Shown here one piece after another: positions 58,842-64,000 of a stretch of 64,000 nt of DNA. Position 1 is the stretch's first letter. Every line of letters starts with the position of its first letter. The translations under genes were made by a program, and so were the position numbers. The notes beneath the pieces were generated by a model. The model worked only from the letters and a program-made list of their open reading frames with translations, did no database searches and had not been told where the DNA came from. Location of the stretch: positions 928,001-992,000 of the forward strand of contig CAXXVS010000002.1 of NCBI GenBank assembly GCA_963674755.2. The letters run 5' to 3'. This stretch comes from Desulfobacterales bacterium. GTDB taxonomy: Bacteria; Desulfobacterota; Desulfobacteria; Desulfobacterales; UBA5852.

Positions 58842-59189
58842 ATGACGTCTGAAAAAAGAAGACATATGCGCATCAATGCCCTCAACTTGTCACATGTCGC
58901 GGTCGACGATCGGGAAGATACGGTGAAGCAGGCCATTGGCCGGACGCTCAATGTCTCCGAAACCGGTATTTTGCTGGAGACCCACTTTCCCATCGAATCC
59001 GATCAGAATGTGGAATTGACGTTGGGCTTTGAGGAAAACCTCGTCAATCTCAGGGGCAAGGTGATCCATCTGTTGAACGGCGAAACAGGGAAATTTGAAA
59101 TGGGGATCCAGTTTACGGATATCGATGAACAGGGCATCCACATTATCAAAGATTTTATTGAAAAATTCCGCAAACTGAACCGCCGATAG
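58842..59189 (+). CDS. PilZ-domain protein
   Basis: 'EKRRHMR' and 'NVSETG'; AGGAG RBS. Confidence 0.9.
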   Translation: MTSEKRRHMRINALNLSHVAVDDREDTVKQAIGRTLNVSETGILLETHFPIESDQNVELTLGFEENLVNLRGKVIHLLNGETGKFEMGIQFTDIDEQGIHIIKDFIEKFRKLNRR

Positions 59190-59263
59190 AGGCTGTCTTT
59201 TGGTCGGTATTGTCGGCCAACGGGCAGAAGGATATTCTTTTAAACAGGAGGAATGGATTCCAC

Positions 59264-60160
59264 ATGGCTAACGCCGTACACCAGACCCAATTGGAAACAC
59301 TGAAAAAAATAAAGCAGGGAAAAGTGCGTGATATCTATGATCTCGGAGATTGTCTTCTGATGGTTGCGACAGATCGGCTTTCCGCATTCGACGTCATCAT
59401 GCCGGATCCCATTCCTGATAAGGGAAAAGTTTTAACGCAGATATCGGTCTTCTGGTTCAACCTCATGTCGGAAATCGTTCCCCATCATCTCATAGAATGG
59501 GATGTAGCCCAATTCCCCGCAAAATGCCAGCCGTATCAGGATGTGTTGGCCGGTCGCAGCATGTTGGTTAAAAAAGTCGATCCCCTGCCGATCGAATGCG
59601 TTGTTCGCGGCTATCTATCCGGCTCCGGCTGGAAGTCTTATCAAAAGGATGGGTCGGTCTGTGGCATTGCCTTGCCTGCCGGTCTGCAAGAATCGGAAAA
59701 ACTGCCAGAGCCGCTGTTTACGCCGTCCACGAAGGAAGCGTTGGGCCTGCATGATATCAATATCAGTTTTAAGGAGGCGGCTGACCGTGTCGGGCCCGAA
59801 ATAGCGGCCAAGGTTCGCGACCTGAGTCTGTCGATCTACCAAAAGGGAGTGCAGGTGGCCGCCGAGAAGGGGATCATCATCGCCGATACAAAATTTGAAT
59901 TCGGAATGCTCGACGGGGAGATTGTTCTAATCGATGAGGTTCTAACCCCGGATTCTTCACGCTTCTGGCCCCAATCCGCCTATGCTCCAGGTGGTTCGCA
60001 ACCCAGTTTCGACAAACAATATGTTCGTGATTACCTGCTATCCATTCATTTCAACAAGCAGCCCCCAGGACCCCATCTACCGGAGTCCGTTATTCAGCAA
60101 ACACGAGATAAATATATTGAAGCGCTCAGGTTACTCACCGGATCCCCCTATGAACTTTAA
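59264..60160 (+). CDS. purC: SAICAR synthetase
   Basis: 'GKVRDIY', 'TDRLSAFD', 'ADTKFEFG', 'DEVLTPDSSRFW'. Confidence 0.98.
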   Translation: MANAVHQTQLETLKKIKQGKVRDIYDLGDCLLMVATDRLSAFDVIMPDPIPDKGKVLTQISVFWFNLMSEIVPHHLIEWDVAQFPAKCQPYQDVLAGRSMLVKKVDPLPIECVVRGYLSGSGWKSYQKDGSVCGIALPAGLQESEKLPEPLFTPSTKEALGLHDINISFKEAADRVGPEIAAKVRDLSLSIYQKGVQVAAEKGIIIADTKFEFGMLDGEIVLIDEVLTPDSSRFWPQSAYAPGGSQPSFDKQYVRDYLLSIHFNKQPPGPHLPESVIQQTRDKYIEALRLLTGSPYEL

Positions 60161-61103
60161 GGTCGATTCGCTACGGCTCGATCAAATCGACATAACGGAT
60201 GTCTTTTATCGAATCACGACTCCCCAGGATAAACTGCCCATAGGGCCATCCATAGACCGGTTGGGTTTGCTATGCCCAGTGGTGGTGAAACCCAGCCATG
60301 GCCAATTTGTCATTGTAAGCGGCTTTCGTCGTGTCGATGCCTGTCGCCAGAGCGGATGGGCCGACATCCCTTGCCGCATCCTTCCTGATGCCACTTCCTC
60401 GGTAACCTGTGCCGAAATGGCGATTACGGACAATCTCACACAACGCTCTCTGAATTTTGTCGAACAAGCACGATGTCTTGAGCTTCTGACGACCTCAACA
60501 GGAGGGATAAATGCTGCACGAACGGTCGCTGAAACCATAGGACTTGCTTTCAGCAATGCGTTGGTTACCAAATTGAAATCGATTTTGCACGCTCCGCAAA
60601 TCGTCCGCGAAGGGTTTATCAAAGGCACCCTGAGTCTTCCGGTAGCTCTGGCAATGTCCGATTTCGTCCAAAAAGACGCCCTTGCGTTGACGCATTTTTT
60701 TGAACGGGTTCCCATGGGGCTCAACAAGCAGCGTGAAATCATGCAGAATGTGAAGGAAATCGCAATCCGTGAAGATATGGAGGCTAGGCACGTCCTGGAA
60801 AACGATCGATTGCAAGCGATTCTGAAGGACGATGCCTTGGACGGCAATGAGAAAGGACGCCGGATCCGGTTCTATCTCAAAAGGAGGCGCTTTCCGCGCA
60901 TAGTCGCGGTCGAAGAGGCATTTAATGACCGCGTAAGGCATTTAGGATTAGGTGGTGATATCCATGTTGCTCCCCCGCCTGGTTTTGAAGGTTCCACCAT
61001 TACAATAACGATACGCAGCAGCGATCTAACAGGCTTAAAACGTGCCCACGACAAACTCACTAAAGCCCTTGAAAACCCCTTTGTAACGCATCTGTTTGAG
61101 TAA
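60150..61103 (+). CDS. ParB/Sulfiredoxin N-terminal domain protein
   Basis: 'GLLCPVVV...IVSGFRRVDA', 'DNLTQRSLN'; ATG overlaps the purC end. Confidence 0.85.
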   Translation: MNFKVDSLRLDQIDITDVFYRITTPQDKLPIGPSIDRLGLLCPVVVKPSHGQFVIVSGFRRVDACRQSGWADIPCRILPDATSSVTCAEMAITDNLTQRSLNFVEQARCLELLTTSTGGINAARTVAETIGLAFSNALVTKLKSILHAPQIVREGFIKGTLSLPVALAMSDFVQKDALALTHFFERVPMGLNKQREIMQNVKEIAIREDMEARHVLENDRLQAILKDDALDGNEKGRRIRFYLKRRRFPRIVAVEEAFNDRVRHLGLGGDIHVAPPPGFEGSTITITIRSSDLTGLKRAHDKLTKALENPFVTHLFE

Positions 61104-61225
61104 AATCGCTCAATCGTCGCTCACTATCCTGCCGATTTTTATAACTTCCTAAGATCTCGATATAAGTTGCACGCAGGTTTTCATATCTATTTTATAAGCC
61201 CTTAATAATTAAATTAATAATTTGC

Positions 61226-61253
61226 TTGACATATTAAAATCAAAAAATGTAAT
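61226..61253 (+). promoter_or_regulatory. Sigma70-type promoter of the TetR gene
   Basis: TTGACA-N16-TGTAAT in a very AT-rich spacer. Confidence 0.5.
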
Positions 61254-61286
61254 GCTATATAATCAATAAATAATGTTCATTAAATT

Positions 61287-61916
61287 ATGGGTATACAGGA
61301 CCGAAAACGGCGAGAACGGGAGCAGCGACGGCGGCAAATCATGCGTGCGGCGCACAAGGTGTTTTCCATCAAGGGATTTACCAAGACAACAATGGAGGAC
61401 ATTGCCCACGAAGCGGAATTGAGCCCTGGAACCCTCTACCTCTATTTTAAGAATAAGGATGAACTGTATGCCTCCCTGTCGGTCGAAGTGCTGGAACGTT
61501 TATATGAAAAGCTTAAATTGGTTTATATCAAAGAAGCACGGAACGCCAACGTGAGAATTGACCACCTTAAGCATAGCCTGTATGATATTTATCAAGTTGA
61601 CCCCCTGATTTTATTAAACCTTTTCCATCTGCAATCCAGTGAAATTCTCAAAAACCTTGCACCGCCCATGTTGACCACGATTCGTGATCTTTTGGAAAAA
61701 TCACTTGAAATCATTGCCAAGATTTTTGCAGAAGGCATTCAGAATGAAGTATTTATCGAAAAACACCCGGCAGATCTCTCCAATATCATGTGGGCTCTTT
61801 TTTCCGGTGTAGTGATGTGGGAAGAGAGTAAACGCATCATCCGCAATAAGCGGGAACCCAATTCCCCTGCTTTCGATACCGCTTTTGAAATTTTTTCGCG
61901 CGGCATAGCGCGCTGA
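61287..61916 (+). CDS. TetR/AcrR family regulator
   Basis: 'TMEDIAHEAELSPGTLYLYFKNKDEL'. Confidence 0.94.
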   Translation: MGIQDRKRREREQRRRQIMRAAHKVFSIKGFTKTTMEDIAHEAELSPGTLYLYFKNKDELYASLSVEVLERLYEKLKLVYIKEARNANVRIDHLKHSLYDIYQVDPLILLNLFHLQSSEILKNLAPPMLTTIRDLLEKSLEIIAKIFAEGIQNEVFIEKHPADLSNIMWALFSGVVMWEESKRIIRNKREPNSPAFDTAFEIFSRGIAR

Positions 61917-62085
61917 AGGCGATCCGTTTCGAATACCTACCGTTTCTCTCCCTAAAACCGCCTCATCCGACTTGCCAGCTTTCCTAATATCGCTTAAAGA
62001 TCTTTGGAAAACTAAAGATGGTTTCTGTTTTCGCATATCCGAGCCCCCTTTGCTCTTATGATAAAAAAGGAGTTACCTATATAAA

Positions 62086-63189
62086 ATGACCGTCCTTGAA
62101 ACGATTTACGTCGATCAGAAAGTGGCAGATCATCCCCGAGCCAGAGCTATTGTGGATCGCGTCAATATTCCGTCGATTATCGTTGATAGCGCAGAGGAAG
62201 TCTTTGCGAGGATTCGAACCTGCGCAGATCCCATCGCCGCTGCTAAAAAAAGACTTTTCTTGACTGAAAATCGGGGCGGATTCATCCGCAAATGCCCTGG
62301 GACACGAAATTATACCTGTTGCGATTACATGATTTTGCATATCGGTACATTTTGCATTATGGATTGTTCCTATTGTATCCTTCAATCATACTTTCATCCC
62401 CCGGTATTACAGTATTTTATCAACCATCAGCAAATGTTCGAGGAACTTGACACCTTTTTTGCGGAACGGCGTCATCGCCGCATTGGAACCGGTGAATATA
62501 CGGACAGCCTGATTTGGGAGTTGTGGACGGACTTATCCGAGCAACTGATTCCCGTTTTCGGTAATCAATCTCATGCCGTTCTGGAACTCAAAACCAAAAC
62601 GCCCCATATACAGAACTTACAGAGTTTGCCCCACAACCGACGAACGATTATTTCATGGTCTATGAATACGCCCGCCATCATTCGAAGTAATGAGAGGGGC
62701 ACGGCGAGCCTGGATGCGCGCCTTGAGGCCGCCTCAAAATGTCAACAATGGGGCTATCCGTTGGGGTTCCACTTCGATCCCATCGTAGATTATAGCGGCG
62801 CCCTGAATGATTATCGCATGGTTATCGACCGGATATTTGATCGAATTCACCCTGAGAATATCGTCTGGATTAGCTTGGGGACGCTAAGATTCATGCCGGA
62901 TCTGAAAGCTGTTGTGCAATCCCGCTTCCCCGCGTCCAAAATCATCTATGGTGAGTTCATTTCGGGCCTGGATGGAAAGGAAAGGTATCTGAAACAGATC
63001 CGAACGGATATCTATAGCGGCCTTGTTGAAGCGATTCACAAACGTTCCCGGGATGTCACCGTATATTTTTGCATGGAGAGTGTGGAAGTCTGGCGCAGGG
63101 TTTTTGGATTTTCGACGGATCAATTTGGCGGTCTGCCGCATATGCTCGATGAAAGTGCCGTGCAAAAGTGCCATTTGAGACATCCGTAA
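62086..63189 (+). CDS. Spore-photoproduct-lyase-like radical SAM protein
   Basis: CxxxCxxC 'CIMDCSYC', 'GTGEYTDSL', 'LELKTK', 'GFHFDPIV'. Confidence 0.85.
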   Translation: MTVLETIYVDQKVADHPRARAIVDRVNIPSIIVDSAEEVFARIRTCADPIAAAKKRLFLTENRGGFIRKCPGTRNYTCCDYMILHIGTFCIMDCSYCILQSYFHPPVLQYFINHQQMFEELDTFFAERRHRRIGTGEYTDSLIWELWTDLSEQLIPVFGNQSHAVLELKTKTPHIQNLQSLPHNRRTIISWSMNTPAIIRSNERGTASLDARLEAASKCQQWGYPLGFHFDPIVDYSGALNDYRMVIDRIFDRIHPENIVWISLGTLRFMPDLKAVVQSRFPASKIIYGEFISGLDGKERYLKQIRTDIYSGLVEAIHKRSRDVTVYFCMESVEVWRRVFGFSTDQFGGLPHMLDESAVQKCHLRHP

Positions 63190-63204
63190 AAAAACGACAA
63201 ACGC

Positions 63205-63262
63205 TTGGATTGCATCCAGATGGGGTTTATAATGTTGCTAATTCAATGAACCTCTGTATAAT
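63205..63262 (+). promoter_or_regulatory. Tandem sigma70-type promoters
   Basis: TTGGAT-N17-TATAAT (63205-63233) and TTGCTA-N16-TATAAT (63235-63262). Confidence 0.5.
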
Positions 63263-63328
63263 CAGTGGGAAGCCTCTGTTATTGCCGGCGGGAGCATTAT
63301 CGGATTAGCAACCAAGGGTCTTGACGCC

Positions 63329-63676
63329 ATGGAACTTATTGATCTTCTCGCCAAATTGAAGCATCTGGACTATACTCAGAAAAAATACCATGTCGACCGC
63401 CATGGTGAATATGTGCAGCTGGTGTTTTCCAGCAAGCGCCTTCCGGCTTGGATGGAATCCATTGCCGCTGTTCTAGGGGCACCTGTCAAAACAGCAGACC
63501 AACCGGTTACCGCAGACGTTATCGCCTTGACGGAAGATTTTGGCGAAATATTTGACCATCAGACTTTATATTATTGCAAAATTGATCACCATCGCATCAT
63601 GGCGATGTTCTGGCCCTGGAGCAACCAGGAATCGATTACATTAAAAATCATGATTCTAAAAGAGGATATAGGGTAG
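63329..63676 (+). CDS. Hypothetical protein
   Basis: 115-aa ORF downstream of the promoters; 'QTLYY...AMFWPW...TLKI'. Confidence 0.7.
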   Translation: MELIDLLAKLKHLDYTQKKYHVDRHGEYVQLVFSSKRLPAWMESIAAVLGAPVKTADQPVTADVIALTEDFGEIFDHQTLYYCKIDHHRIMAMFWPWSNQESITLKIMILKEDIG

Positions 63677-63710
63677 TTACGCAGATTCTCTATTGGAGGG
63701 GTTTCTTCTT

Positions 63711-64000
63711 TTGGATGACAAGATAAAAACCATACAAAAATCGCTTCGCATCCGGAAAGTCGATGTTGAAGAATTATCAAACGGTATTCGTGTTCATTTG
63801 CGGGAAGCCGCACTTCCGTCGCTCAGTGTTGACATTTATACGTTGCGAACGAATCCGGACCATCTCAGAGCCAAAATCAAAGGGGCCGATGATGTTCCCG
63901 AAGTATCCGATCATGATCTAAAAAAAATCAGAATTAAATTACAAAACGATCTGTTGGGGGTTGCCAGTGTAGGGACGTTTACCTCCTTGGGACGACGTGG
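63711..64000 (+). CDS. Hypothetical protein, 3'-truncated by window
   Basis: GGAGG RBS, TTG at 63711, frame (MDDKIKTIQKSLRIRK...) open to the end of the window. Confidence 0.6.
   Translation, partial: MDDKIKTIQKSLRIRKVDVEELSNGIRVHLREAALPSLSVDIYTLRTNPDHLRAKIKGADDVPEVSDHDLKKIRIKLQNDLLGVASVGTFTSLGRR

Noticed and set aside
63234..63312. 11-bp inverted repeat gttgctaattc/ggattagcaac as an ncRNA
   Set aside because: The left arm coincides with predicted promoter elements and would be largely untranscribed

Overview
64-kb core-chromosome segment of an anaerobic deltaproteobacterium. The gene set and intergenic repeats suggest a Desulfobacterales-type sulfate reducer (inference). In order, it contains: flagellar/signalling accessory genes (HDOD, GAF-HisKA, FliK-like, FlhB-like); rnhA; a cysQ-sat/cysC-ugd block; a 14-gene anaerobic cobamide operon ending in a cbiR-like remodelling gene; and a TetR gene divergent from an AOR-ferredoxin-SCP2-like-ADH-ADH operon. 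Then come recC-recX, a small-gene block with a queuosine-precursor transporter and paaK, recB-recD, fabH, an ADP-forming acyl-CoA ligase, ispF-uvrB-uvrC and mdh. The window ends with a TPR-MglA-DUF4388/cNMP-PilZ module, purC, an orphan ParB-like gene, TetR and a spore-photoproduct-lyase-like radical SAM gene. I saw no rRNA, tRNA, CRISPR array, transposase or prophage. Best leads: (1) a K-turn-containing candidate riboswitch upstream of the VUT transporter; (2) the AOR operon pairing a degenerate Fe-ADH with an intact paralogue and an SCP2-like protein; (3) an MglB-less MglA GTPase module; (4) a Sat-CysC fusion with substituted ATP-sulfurylase motifs; (5) a 20-nt repeat in two cob intergenic regions, with no B12 riboswitch seen; (6) two MITE-like repeats. 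All calls come from motif recognition by eye; no database search or folding program was run.
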